64,000 nucleotides of DNA from Longimicrobiales bacterium (lineage in GTDB: Bacteria; Gemmatimonadota; Gemmatimonadetes; Longimicrobiales; Gaopeijiaceae): the NCBI GenBank assembly GCA_965116905.1, contig OZ220732.1, forward strand, positions 1,312,001 to 1,376,000. Direction: 5' to 3'. The notes beneath the pieces were generated by a model. It was not told the DNA's origin, did not search any database, and worked only from the letters and a program-made list of their open reading frames with translations. This document shows positions 40,804 through 50,329 of this stretch, piece by piece. The position numbers and the translations under genes were made by a program. Numbering within the stretch: position 1 is the first letter of the stretch; each line of letters opens with the position of its first letter.

Positions 40804-41319
40804 TTGAGCGAGTCGGCGGACAGCGGCGGGCAGGCCGCCGTCGGCGAGCACGGGCGGGACCCCGTTGCCGGCGGACCACCCCGCAACAGGATGCTGATTG
40901 CCGTCCTCACGCTGGGCGGTGCGTTCCTGGCCTTCTACCTGGTGGCGTACAGCATGGGATGGACGCCGCCGATACCGTGCGGCACCGGCCAATGTGCCAC
41001 GGTGCAGTCGTCGAAGTACGCGTGGGTGGGCCCCATCCCGGTGTCCGCGATCGGTCTGGCGGGATACCTGGCGCTCTTCGGGCTGTCGATCGCGGGGCTG
41101 CAGGGGCCGTTCGCGTCGTCGCGCGCCACGGCCTTCCTGCTCTTCGGCGGCGCCCTGTTCGGGGTCCTCTTCAGCGCCTACCTCACGTACATCGAAGCAG
41201 CGGTCCTTCGAGCCTGGTGCCGCTACTGCGTCGTCTCCGCCGTCCTCATCTCGATCGTGTTCCTGGCGACCCTGCCCGAACTCAAGCGCATTCGCGGATC
41301 CGGCGGGGGATCACCGTGA
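40804..41319 (+). CDS. Vitamin K epoxide reductase (VKOR) family protein (start may be 40891)
   Basis: CGTGQCATVQSSKYA, GPIPVS, YLTYIE, WCRYC. Confidence 0.88.
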   Translation: MSESADSGGQAAVGEHGRDPVAGGPPRNRMLIAVLTLGGAFLAFYLVAYSMGWTPPIPCGTGQCATVQSSKYAWVGPIPVSAIGLAGYLALFGLSIAGLQGPFASSRATAFLLFGGALFGVLFSAYLTYIEAAVLRAWCRYCVVSAVLISIVFLATLPELKRIRGSGGGSP

Positions 41320-41525
41320 GCGGAGAACGGATTCGCGTCCGCCTGCTGTACGCCGAGGGCGGCGGCTACCACACCGAGGTGATTTCGGTCCCGGGCGGCG
41401 GACTGCCGGACTACGAGCGCCTGATCGATTTCCTGCGGGAAGACGAGGCCGTCGCCGCCGAGTGCTATGTCAACGCCGCGAGGCTCTGTTCGGCGCAGCT
41501 GCTGGAGGCGGACGAAGAAGCCTGA
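41316..41525 (+). CDS. Small hypothetical protein (69 aa)
   Basis: GTGA overlap with VKOR stop; natural-looking composition (YERLIDFLRED). Confidence 0.6.
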   Translation: MSGERIRVRLLYAEGGGYHTEVISVPGGGLPDYERLIDFLREDEAVAAECYVNAARLCSAQLLEADEEA

Positions 41526-41578
41526 CCGCGGAAACACGGGAGCCTGACCGCGGAATCCTGCCCGCGGCGGACGCTCGA

Positions 41579-42154
41579 CTAGAGGGACTGCAGCACGTTC
41601 AGCGCCCGGGCCAGCGACCACTCGCCCACCACCGGCGGGGGCCAGGCGTTTGCGCTGTGAGCATGCACAAGGGCATCGGCTTCGGCGCGGGCCCGCTCCG
41701 CCGTCTTCCCGTCGACGTGCCCGGCGTCCTCCGCTTCGCTCAGCTCGTCCTCATCCAAAACCCGGACCGGGCCCCACCGCGGGACCCAGACGTCGAGACA
41801 CAGATCCGTGGTCGACCAGGTGCGGGCGTCGACGAAATCCACCGGTGTGAGGACATTGGCGTACGTTCCCGTATGGGCGCCGTTGTTGCGGAAGAAAAGG
41901 CCGATATCGTGCCACTTGCCCGGGAACGTGAACCATATGACGGGCGAACGCGGCTCCAGAATCGTGAGATCATCGACGATAATCGGGTGCTCGATGGGCG
42001 TGCGGGGCTGAAATGTGACGACCATCTCCGGATTGCTGTCCAGCACAAAAAGCCGATACGTATCTTCCGGCTTCCCGATCCGCCGGTAGTAGATGTCGAC
42101 GAAGTCGCCGTCCCTGGGCAGGATGAGCCGCTGGCTCGTCGCGGAGCCCGTCAC
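41579..42154 (-). CDS. DUF402 domain protein
   Basis: WFTFPGKWHDIG, YANVLTP, TDLCLDVWV, VLDEDEL. Confidence 0.75.
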   Translation of the reverse strand: MTGSATSQRLILPRDGDFVDIYYRRIGKPEDTYRLFVLDSNPEMVVTFQPRTPIEHPIIVDDLTILEPRSPVIWFTFPGKWHDIGLFFRNNGAHTGTYANVLTPVDFVDARTWSTTDLCLDVWVPRWGPVRVLDEDELSEAEDAGHVDGKTAERARAEADALVHAHSANAWPPPVVGEWSLARALNVLQSL

Positions 42155-42480
42155 GAGTCGTCGAACTGTTCGGGGTTGGCGCGTTCGACGAACACGTCCA
42201 TGATCCCGCCGCACACCGCGGGGCTCCATGTGGTGAAGTCGTCGGTCAGGTCGACGCGAACCGTCCTCGGCGGCCCGCCCGCAAGCAGTTCATCGGCGGC
42301 CGCAAGCACTTCACCTTCGCCGCAACCTCCGCCGACGGTGCCGGCGATCACGCCGTCCCGCCCGACCAGCATCCGTGCGCCGGTCTTGCGCGGTGTCGAT
42401 CCCCTGGCGGCCACGATCGTCGCCAGTACGGCGGGCTCGCGCAGCGCCGCCAGCTGGCCCAGCAGCTCCTTTTCGTCCAA
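42151..42480 (-). CDS. XdhC/CoxI family stand-alone N-terminal domain
   Basis: LATIVAARGSTPRKTGARMLV, GTVGGGCGE, VCGGIMDVFVE. Confidence 0.85.
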   Translation of the reverse strand: MDEKELLGQLAALREPAVLATIVAARGSTPRKTGARMLVGRDGVIAGTVGGGCGEGEVLAAADELLAGGPPRTVRVDLTDDFTTWSPAVCGGIMDVFVERANPEQFDDS

Positions 42481-42523
42481 CTCGGTCCTCCTGTGTCCGC
42501 TCGGCTCCCGGCAGCGTGACGTG

Positions 42524-43972
42524 CTACCGGTCCCCGAAAAAGCGCTCGACGACCCGTTCCTTCTCCACGAGGGGCGCTCCCGTGCCCCCCGCGTGAAACA
42601 GTATGATCTCCGCCACTACCGACACCGCGATCTCAGCCGGGGTCTGACCACCCAGATCCAGACCGACCGGGGCTCGCACCTGGCGCATTTCGGCGGTCGT
42701 GAAGCCCTCCCGAGCGAGCTGCTCGTGGGTTGCACGCACCCGGCGGCGACTCCCGATCATACCGATGTAGCCCGGCGGCGCGGGCATGCGCAACAGGCGC
42801 ACCAGACACTCGTAGTCGAAGCTGTGCCCACGCGTGACCAGCACGATGTGGTCGGAAGGGCCCAGATCAATGTCCGCGAAGGGGTCGTGGAAGTCGATCA
42901 CGCGCACCTCGGAGGCCTCCGGAAAACGCTCCGCCGCGGCAAACTCCGGGCGATCGTCCAGCACTTCGACCCGCATCCCCAGCATCGCAGCCATCCGGGA
43001 CAGGGGAATGGCGATATGGCCCGCACCCACGATCACCATCCGCGCGGGCGGCCCGTGCAGTTCGATGTAGACCGTGGCCGTGGCCGCGCGGTCGCCGTCC
43101 GCGTAACCAAAGTCCCGGCTGAGGGCGCCGCGGGATTCCCTTGGGGGGAAGAGCGCCGGCACCGCCGCGGCAACCGCCTCGTCAAGCGCCGGGCTTCCGA
43201 GTGTGCCCCCGTGTCGCCTGCCGGAGAGCCACCACCGCCGCCCGATCAGCGCGGGGTCGGGCGCGCCGGTCACCACCGCGGTGTATATGCGTTCGCCCCG
43301 GCCGAGCGCCTCCAGGACCCGGGCGGCTACATGCGCGGCGGACGGATTCATGCGGATGCGCCGCCGGTATCGCTCGGGCGTGTCGATATCCTCCACGGCG
43401 CCCGGATCCGCGACCTCGACCTCGATCACCCTGCCGGGGTCACGCCTCACCACCGTGCGCGCCCCGTCCGGCAGGCCGGCCTCGTGGAACTCGTGCGCGA
43501 TGCTCATGTCGGCCAGCACGGGATGCCCGCGCCGATCCCCGTAGCGGGGCAGCACAATGGCGGGACGGGCGGCGCGCCACGCGGCGATCAGCGCCTCAAC
43601 GGTTGCGGGCGCGACCGCGGGGTTGTCGACCGGGGTGAAGACCGTCGCGGCGGGCGGATCCGCACCCTGCGCCAGCCACGCGAGCCCGGCCCGCAGCGAG
43701 CCGATCTGGCCACCCGCGCCGTCCGGGTTGACCACGAGGCGCGCACCCGCCCGAGCCGCCTCGTCGGCCACGCCGCCCGTGCGGGCAGGTGCGACAACGA
43801 CGACGGGGTCACAACCGGCGCTGGTCAGCGTCTGCACCAGCCGTCCCACGAACGTCATCCCGTCCGCGTCCAGGAGCGCCTTCGCGGTGCCCATCCGCGA
43901 CGATCCGCCCGCGGCGAGCACGATGCCGGCTACACGCGGCTCCGGTTCCGGCCGCACGCCTGCCGCGCTCAT
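42524..43972 (-). CDS. Fusion of MocA/MobA-like nucleotidyltransferase and XdhC family protein
   Basis: N-terminal LAAGGSSRMG..KALL, PVDNP, GHPV, DIDTPE; C-terminal IVGAGHIA, VTRGHSFD, YIGMIGSRRR, PVGLDLGGQTPAEIA. Confidence 0.8.
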   Translation of the reverse strand: MSAAGVRPEPEPRVAGIVLAAGGSSRMGTAKALLDADGMTFVGRLVQTLTSAGCDPVVVVAPARTGGVADEAARAGARLVVNPDGAGGQIGSLRAGLAWLAQGADPPAATVFTPVDNPAVAPATVEALIAAWRAARPAIVLPRYGDRRGHPVLADMSIAHEFHEAGLPDGARTVVRRDPGRVIEVEVADPGAVEDIDTPERYRRRIRMNPSAAHVAARVLEALGRGERIYTAVVTGAPDPALIGRRWWLSGRRHGGTLGSPALDEAVAAAVPALFPPRESRGALSRDFGYADGDRAATATVYIELHGPPARMVIVGAGHIAIPLSRMAAMLGMRVEVLDDRPEFAAAERFPEASEVRVIDFHDPFADIDLGPSDHIVLVTRGHSFDYECLVRLLRMPAPPGYIGMIGSRRRVRATHEQLAREGFTTAEMRQVRAPVGLDLGGQTPAEIAVSVVAEIILFHAGGTGAPLVEKERVVERFFGDR

Positions 43973-46173
43973 TCCCGCCCCGCCCGCGCGCCGTCGGCGG
44001 ACGGGAACGCGCCGTGGAAGGTCTCGCCCGCCTCGGCCAGCCGCGAGAGGAGGGCACTGGGCTCGAAGCGGCTCCCGTGCGCGTCGCAAAACGACGAAAG
44101 GGCCGCGACGACTTCGTCCAGACCGCGGTTGTCCGCGTACCTAAGAAGACCGCCACGGAAGGGCGGGAAGCCGGCGCCCATGATCATGCCGAGATCCACC
44201 GCGGAGGCGTCGGACACGATCCCGTCCTCGAGCACACGGGCGGCCTCGTTGACCATGGCCAGTATCGTCCGGTCCCGCGCGCCGGCGGCGTCCAGGTCGG
44301 AGCGTGGCGAGGACACGCCCATGTCCGCGTACATGGAAGGATCGATACCCTTCGGCTTGGCCCCTTCGTACAGGTAGAAGCCTCTGCCGCCCTTCTGGCC
44401 CGGCCGGTTCGACCTCGCCAGGGCCGTGAGGGACCGGGCAGGCGCCAGGCGCTCACCGAATGCGGCGGCCAGCGCCTGGCCCGCGTGATAGGCGACCTCC
44501 ATGCCGATCGTGTCGATCAGGCGGCAGGGACCCATCGGCATGCCGAACCGGGTCCATACGCGGTCCAGAGCGGCCGCGTCCCAGCCCTCGTCGAGCAGGT
44601 GTCCGGCCTCGTTCAACCCGGGTCCGATGATGCGATTGACCAGGAAGCCGGGCCCGTCCCGCGTGATGACGGGGACCTTGCCGAGTCGGACCGCGAGGGC
44701 GGCAATGGTCTCGATCGTGTCGGCGCTGGTCGCCTCGCCCGCCACCACCTCCACGAGGGGCATGCGGTGAACCGGGTGGAAGAAGTGCATCCCGGCGAAC
44801 CTGCCGGGCCGTTCCAGGATGGTGGCCATTTCGTCGATCGACAGCGACGAGGTGTTGGTCACGATCACCGCACCGGGGCTCACGACCGCCTCGACCTCCC
44901 TGAGCACGGCCTGCTTGATGTCCATGCGCTCGACGACCGCCTCGACCACCAGGCCGGCCAGCGCCACGCCCGAGTCGTCGAGCCCCCCCGAGATCATCGC
45001 CATTTTCCTCATGGCGTCCCGGCGGCGGAGCCTGCGGCGTTTCACAGCCCCGTCGAAGACCGAACGCGCGTAGGCAAGCCCCCCCGCCACGGCCTCGTGG
45101 CGCACGTCCTTCATCCGCACGGGGAGATCATTGTACGCAGCCAACTGTGCGATCCCGGCTCCCAGCTGGCCGGCCCCGACCACCGCGATCCTGTCCACCC
45201 GCCCGTCACGGCCCCCATCCGACCACGGTCCCTTTCGGGCCGCCTCGCGCCAGCCGAAGAGACCGAGCAGATGGCCGCACACGGGCGACGCGATCAGGTC
45301 CCTGATCGCTTCGGCCTCCGCGTCGAACCCCGCCCTCGCTCCCCCGCGCAGCCCACGGCGCACCACGCTCAGGATCCTGAGGGGCGCGGGGTACCTGCCA
45401 CCGGTAAGCTTCAGCACGCGCTTCGCGGCCATCCGCAGCACGAGCCACCTTCCCGGCGCGGTCCCGTCCAGCAGCAGGGCCGTGATCCCGCGTCGCCTCC
45501 GGCGGCCGCCGGGCAGTCCGCGCGTGCGCCGCCCCCGTCCTTCGCGGTCCGCCAGGGCGCGGGCGAAGTCCAGGCAGCGCTCGCGGAACTGGTGCCGCGG
45601 GAAGACCTGGTCCACCAGCCCGATTCGTTTCGCCCTGGAGACGCGCGCGGGCTTGCCGGTGAGCAGAAGGTCCAGCGCGGCACGCAGTCCCACCAGCCGT
45701 GGCAGGCGAGTGGTACCGCCCCAGCCGGGCAGGATGCCCAACTGGACCTCCGGCAGACCGATGCGCGTGCGGTCGTCGTCGTCGCCGACCCGATAGTGGC
45801 AGGCCAGAGCGATCTCGGTGCCGCCGCCCAGGCAGATCCCCTGGATCGCGGCGATTGTCGGTACCGGCATGTCGGCAATGCGTGCGAACAGGGCCTGGAC
45901 CCGGCGCGAGATCTCGACGCCCCGCTCGCGGTCCCGGACAGCCGCGATGGCGGTGATCGCTCCTACGTCGGCCCCGGCCACAAATGAAGCCGGCTTGGCG
46001 GAAGTGACGAGCAGCGCCCGAAGTCGACCCTGTCCAGCGGCTTCGCGCGCCTGCGCAGCCACCTGTTCCAGGTCGAGCAGCACCTCCTCCGTAAGGACGT
46101 TATGTGCCCGCTGGGGATCGTCGAAGATGATCTGCCCGATGCCGTCCGCGTTGAGGACGAAGCGCGGATTCAT
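43969..46173 (-). CDS. fadJ: Fatty-acid oxidation multifunctional protein (enoyl-CoA hydratase / 3-hydroxyacyl-CoA dehydrogenase)
   Basis: FVAGAD, CLGGGTE, IGLPEVQLGILPGWGGT, VVGAGQLGAGIA, TNTSSL, GMHFF, PGFLVNR. Confidence 0.85.
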   Translation of the reverse strand: MNPRFVLNADGIGQIIFDDPQRAHNVLTEEVLLDLEQVAAQAREAAGQGRLRALLVTSAKPASFVAGADVGAITAIAAVRDRERGVEISRRVQALFARIADMPVPTIAAIQGICLGGGTEIALACHYRVGDDDDRTRIGLPEVQLGILPGWGGTTRLPRLVGLRAALDLLLTGKPARVSRAKRIGLVDQVFPRHQFRERCLDFARALADREGRGRRTRGLPGGRRRRRGITALLLDGTAPGRWLVLRMAAKRVLKLTGGRYPAPLRILSVVRRGLRGGARAGFDAEAEAIRDLIASPVCGHLLGLFGWREAARKGPWSDGGRDGRVDRIAVVGAGQLGAGIAQLAAYNDLPVRMKDVRHEAVAGGLAYARSVFDGAVKRRRLRRRDAMRKMAMISGGLDDSGVALAGLVVEAVVERMDIKQAVLREVEAVVSPGAVIVTNTSSLSIDEMATILERPGRFAGMHFFHPVHRMPLVEVVAGEATSADTIETIAALAVRLGKVPVITRDGPGFLVNRIIGPGLNEAGHLLDEGWDAAALDRVWTRFGMPMGPCRLIDTIGMEVAYHAGQALAAAFGERLAPARSLTALARSNRPGQKGGRGFYLYEGAKPKGIDPSMYADMGVSSPRSDLDAAGARDRTILAMVNEAARVLEDGIVSDASAVDLGMIMGAGFPPFRGGLLRYADNRGLDEVVAALSSFCDAHGSRFEPSALLSRLAEAGETFHGAFPSADGARAGRE

Positions 46174-46198
46174 CGGTCGGCTACGCCGGGCGGGCCGT

Positions 46199-46275
46199 GC
46201 TTGCGGGCGGGCGGTGTCTGCGGACGGGCGGCCTGCGGGCGGGCGGCTTGCGGGCGGCCGGCTTGCAGGTGGGCA
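46199..46275. repeat. Five degenerate 15-bp GC-rich tandem units (GCTTGCGGGCGGGCG-like)
   Basis: Seen directly in the intergenic region upstream of fadJ. Confidence 0.75.
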
Positions 46276-46315
46276 ACGCCCGGTGCCGTGGGCCGCCGCG
46301 GACCGCCGCGGGCCG

Positions 46316-47098
46316 CTAGAAGATCTGTCTCACGACCGCGTTGTCGCGGTTGAGCTGCAGGACGACGGGTTCCTCGCGCGAGATCACTATCGAGATGTTC
46401 CAATAGAGTTCGTTGTACGGAAGTTCGTGACGCGCGTAGACCCAGTACTCCCCCGGCGCGGCCTCGAACGCGGCCACGCCGTCGACACCGGTCGTGTCCG
46501 CGTGTTCCTCGAGTCCGGACAGTTCGGTCTTGGCCGCGATGATCAGACCCACATCCTCGAACGCCTGGTCGGCCCAGTCCGCCTGGACGATGTTGATGCT
46601 GTCCATACGCCCGATGGCCGCATCCTGAAGCGACGTGAAATTGTCGAAGAGTCTTCCGACCTGCTGCTCCGCGCGATTGTATTCGCCTTCCAGGTCCTGA
46701 TACTCGTTGTAGAGCGTCAGATACGCGCGCTGGGCCCGGTTCAGCCCCTCCATGGCATCGTTCAGCGTCTGGAGCGAGTCGCGCAGGATGTTCCACCGCG
46801 TCTCCGTGTCACGCCACTCCTGCTGGGCCTGCGCGATCTCCTCCTGTGCCGCAAGCAGATCCGGGGGGACTTCCGGTTCGGGCATTCCGGCGTCGGCCGC
46901 CACCGCGGTCAGGGAATCGAAGATCTGGTCCCGGTCATACGGCAAGAGCCGGACTTCGACCCCTTCGATGGCGTTTCCGTCTTCGGCGGCCTCGTCTCCG
47001 AGCCCGACGATGACCGTGGCTTCACCCGGCCCGCAGGCCGCCAGAATCGTGGTGGCCAGGATTGCAACCAACCCTGTGCCGGTGCTGCTTCGCTTCAT
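46316..47098 (-). CDS. Hypothetical lipoprotein with a coiled coil
   Basis: GGAG RBS, lipobox LAAC, acidic heptad segment. Confidence 0.7.
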   Translation of the reverse strand: MKRSSTGTGLVAILATTILAACGPGEATVIVGLGDEAAEDGNAIEGVEVRLLPYDRDQIFDSLTAVAADAGMPEPEVPPDLLAAQEEIAQAQQEWRDTETRWNILRDSLQTLNDAMEGLNRAQRAYLTLYNEYQDLEGEYNRAEQQVGRLFDNFTSLQDAAIGRMDSINIVQADWADQAFEDVGLIIAAKTELSGLEEHADTTGVDGVAAFEAAPGEYWVYARHELPYNELYWNISIVISREEPVVLQLNRDNAVVRQIF

Positions 47099-47218
47099 GA
47101 CTTCGCTCCCTGAAGTTGGCCGTACGGTTTCCGCCGCCCGAAGGACCGCGTGCGGCCCAAGGTAAGGACGAAAAAGGACTGCATCAAGACGGAGGAAGAC
47201 GGTCGGGAGGGACCGGTC

Positions 47219-48148
47219 CTACGGGAGGGTGCGGGCGAGGACGTAGTTCAGCGGATCGACCGGCGTGCCGTTCCGGTGGACTTCGTAGTGGACGTGCGGC
47301 GCCGTGCAGGTCCCGGTGCATCCCACTTCGGCGACGACCTCGTCCCGGCGAACCCTCTTGCCCACGTAGGCAAGCAGCCGGGAAGCGTGGGCGTAGCGCG
47401 TGACGTAGCCATAGCCGTGGTCGATCTCGATCAGGTTCCCGTATCCGGGCTTTTGCCCCGCGTAGATGACGACACCGGCGCCGGTGGCCACGATCGGAGT
47501 TCCGTAGATGGCGTGGACGTCTATACCCTCATGGGGCCGGTCGACCAGGTGTATGGGATGCCGCCGGCTCCGGCTGAACCTGGACGACAACACGCCGCCC
47601 ACCGGCGAGATCGACGGAATCGCCACGAGGCGCTGCGCGTCGGATTCGAGCGCGGCGGTCGTCTCGTCGAAGCTTTCGTCGAGCAGATCCACCTTCCGTT
47701 CGAGCACAGCAAGGTCGTAGCGGAACGCGTACGCCGCTTCCGAGGCCTCCGGGTCGAGCCGCCAGAGTTCGTCTTCGCCGAGTGATTCGAGCCCCGGGCC
47801 ACCGACGCCGACCTCGAAGACCTCTTCGTCAAAGCCGATCCGGCCGGTAAGTAGCCGTGCGTGGCGATCCTTCTCGGCGAGGTCGGCGATCTCCCGGTTG
47901 AGGTCGCCGAGCCTCCCGTGGTAGCTGGCGAGCTCCTCTTCCAGAAGGCGGTTTTCCCTGGCCAGATTAGCGGCGCGCAGGCGCGCTCCACTGTCGTACG
48001 CCAGGAATGCCGCGGCCACGAGGAAGAGCGCCCCGCACACACCCAAAGCCAATCCCGCCCGCCGTACGGTCGAGTGCGGCATCGAGTACTGCCGCACTGA
48101 TTCATCGTCGCCCTTGAGCAGGAGGACGGTCCATCGTTCCGTAAACAT
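47219..48148 (-). CDS. M23 family metallopeptidase
   Basis: TM + coiled coil, HEGID, GYGNLIEIDHG, TRYAH, APHVHYEV. Confidence 0.92.
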   Translation of the reverse strand: MFTERWTVLLLKGDDESVRQYSMPHSTVRRAGLALGVCGALFLVAAAFLAYDSGARLRAANLARENRLLEEELASYHGRLGDLNREIADLAEKDRHARLLTGRIGFDEEVFEVGVGGPGLESLGEDELWRLDPEASEAAYAFRYDLAVLERKVDLLDESFDETTAALESDAQRLVAIPSISPVGGVLSSRFSRSRRHPIHLVDRPHEGIDVHAIYGTPIVATGAGVVIYAGQKPGYGNLIEIDHGYGYVTRYAHASRLLAYVGKRVRRDEVVAEVGCTGTCTAPHVHYEVHRNGTPVDPLNYVLARTLP

Positions 48149-48182
48149 GTGGCAGATAGGTTACTTGTGTGACACCACCGGG

Positions 48183-49751
48183 TCAAGTAACCGGTGGATT
48201 CTCCTGATCGGCGATACCCGGCTCCACGCGCGGGAAGAGGGGTTTGCCGACCGCCGTCGCGCGCCCGGCAAGGTCGACGGTTGCCAGATCCGCCAGGAGC
48301 GGCACGCCGTCCAAACCCAGCCGCAACGCCAGCTCACGCGCCTGTACGGGCATGACGGGTTCGAACATCACGGCGAGCACGGCAAGCGTTCGCGCAAGGG
48401 TGGCCAGGGTCTCGTCGAGTTCGCCGGCGCGGGCAGAATCACGCGCAAGTGCCCACGGTTCCCGCGCTTCCACGAATCCGTTCGCGGTCCTCGCCAGGTC
48501 CATCGCGGCCGCAAATCCCTCGTGGAACCGGTATCCGTCAAGGCCTTGCCGGTACGCGGTCAGGGCTTTTCCGGTCTCAAGGGCCAGGCCGTCGGCGGGG
48601 GCGTCGGGAACGATGCCCTTCCGGTACCGCTTCACCATGGAGAGGGCGCGGTGCGCCAGGTTGCCGAAGATGTTGCGCAGCTCGTCGTAGCGGATGAGGA
48701 AGCGGTCCGGGGTGTAGGACGCATCCTGGCCGGTCGGCATCTCGCGCATCAGGTACCAGCGAACGGCGTCGGTCCCGAACTGTTCCCTGAGGTCGAGCGG
48801 ATCCACCACGTTGCCGAGCGACTTGGACATCTTGGTGTCGCCCACGACCCACCATCCGTGCGCGAGTATCTTGCGGGGCAGGGGAAGGTCGGCCCCCATC
48901 AGCAGCGTCGGCCAGTACACGGCGTGCGTGGTGAGGATGTCCTTGCCCATGAGGTGCACGTCGCAGGGCCACCACGATCGGCGCCGGCCGTCGCCGAAGC
49001 CGCGTTGTTCCCTGGGCGCGCCGGGTTCGATGGCTCCCGAGGCCGTGACGTAGTTGGTCAGCGCGTCCACCCACACGTAGGTCACCTGGTCGGCGTCCCA
49101 GGGCAGGGGGATGCCCCAGTGGATGCGCGAGCGCGGCCGGGAGATCGACAGATCGGCGAGCCCCTGGCCGAGGAACCCCAGGACCTCGTTGCGGCGCGTC
49201 GCGGGCACGATCCACTCCGGGTTGTCCTCGATGTGCCGGACCAGCCTGTCGCGGAAATCGCTCATCTTGAAGAAGTAGTTCTTCTCGCGGATCCGCTCGA
49301 CCGGTCCGCCCGCGATGGGATCCACCCGCTCGGGCCCGATCTCCTTCTCCGTGAAGTACCGTTCCTGGCCGACGGAGTACCACCCCGCGTACTCGGACTC
49401 GTAGATGAGCCCGTTGTCGTACAGGCGCTCCAGGAGGGCCCGCACGACCGCGATGTGCTCCGGCTCGGTGGTGCGGATGAAGCGGTCGTGGGAGATCCCC
49501 ATCTCGTCCCACGCGGCCTCGAAGCGCACCGCCATGATGTCGCACAGCTCGAGCGGCGTGACCCCCTGGGCCGCGGCCGCCTCCTGGATCTTCTGCCCGT
49601 GTTCGTCGGTTCCGGTCAGGAACAGGACATCGTCGCCGGCGCGGCGCCTGTACCGCGCCAGAACGTCGGCCAGGATGGTCGTGTAGGCGTGACCGATGTG
49701 CGGCTCGCCCGAGGCGTAGTAGATCGGTGTGGAGAGGTAGAAGGATCCCAT
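48183..49751 (-). CDS. metG: Methionyl-tRNA synthetase (short form, no C-terminal tRNA-binding domain)
   Basis: STPIYY, PHIGHAYT, TGTDEHGQKI, YVWVDAL, KMSKSLGN. Confidence 0.96.
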   Translation of the reverse strand: MGSFYLSTPIYYASGEPHIGHAYTTILADVLARYRRRAGDDVLFLTGTDEHGQKIQEAAAAQGVTPLELCDIMAVRFEAAWDEMGISHDRFIRTTEPEHIAVVRALLERLYDNGLIYESEYAGWYSVGQERYFTEKEIGPERVDPIAGGPVERIREKNYFFKMSDFRDRLVRHIEDNPEWIVPATRRNEVLGFLGQGLADLSISRPRSRIHWGIPLPWDADQVTYVWVDALTNYVTASGAIEPGAPREQRGFGDGRRRSWWPCDVHLMGKDILTTHAVYWPTLLMGADLPLPRKILAHGWWVVGDTKMSKSLGNVVDPLDLREQFGTDAVRWYLMREMPTGQDASYTPDRFLIRYDELRNIFGNLAHRALSMVKRYRKGIVPDAPADGLALETGKALTAYRQGLDGYRFHEGFAAAMDLARTANGFVEAREPWALARDSARAGELDETLATLARTLAVLAVMFEPVMPVQARELALRLGLDGVPLLADLATVDLAGRATAVGKPLFPRVEPGIADQENPPVT

Positions 49752-49756
49752 GGCGC

Positions 49757-50329
49757 TCAGCCTTCCTCCGAGTCCATCGCGGCCCCGATCGCGCGGGCAT
49801 ACCAGTCGAGTGTCTCGATGAAGCCGGCAAAGGACTTTTCGTAGTGCGGCGCCGCGGGTTCGCCGTCTTCGCCGAAGCTGCCCGACACCCTGGAGACGTG
49901 CATTCCGGCCACCGGCAGGGCCTTGAGGCGGAGGAACAGGAGCTGCAGGTGGTTGTGCACCTGGACACCGCCAAAACCCCCCGCGGACACGGTCACGATT
50001 CCGACCGGCTTGCGGAACCACTCGCCGTAGATGTAGTCGAGCGCGTTCTTGAGAACGCCCGGGATGGAGCCGTTGTATTCGGGACTGACGACCACGACGG
50101 CGTCGGCGGCCCTCACCGCCTCCGAGAAGCGGACCAGCCCCGGCGGCGGGTCGTCCCGCATGTGCAGGCGCTCCTCCATGATCGGCAGGTCCAGGCTGCG
50201 AAGGTCCAGCAGCGGCGCGTCGGCCCCCGCCTGTCCGAGCCGGTCGCCGGCGAAGCGTGCCACCCTGATGGACTGGCGGCCGCGGCGTACCGAGCCCACG
50301 AGAACCGGGATGCGCAGCGGACGGTTCAC
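49757..50329 (-). CDS. NADPH-dependent FMN reductase
   Basis: GSVRRGRQS, SPEYNGSIPGVLKNALD, KPVGIV; GTGA overlap with ligase. Confidence 0.9.
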   Translation of the reverse strand: MNRPLRIPVLVGSVRRGRQSIRVARFAGDRLGQAGADAPLLDLRSLDLPIMEERLHMRDDPPPGLVRFSEAVRAADAVVVVSPEYNGSIPGVLKNALDYIYGEWFRKPVGIVTVSAGGFGGVQVHNHLQLLFLRLKALPVAGMHVSRVSGSFGEDGEPAAPHYEKSFAGFIETLDWYARAIGAAMDSEEG

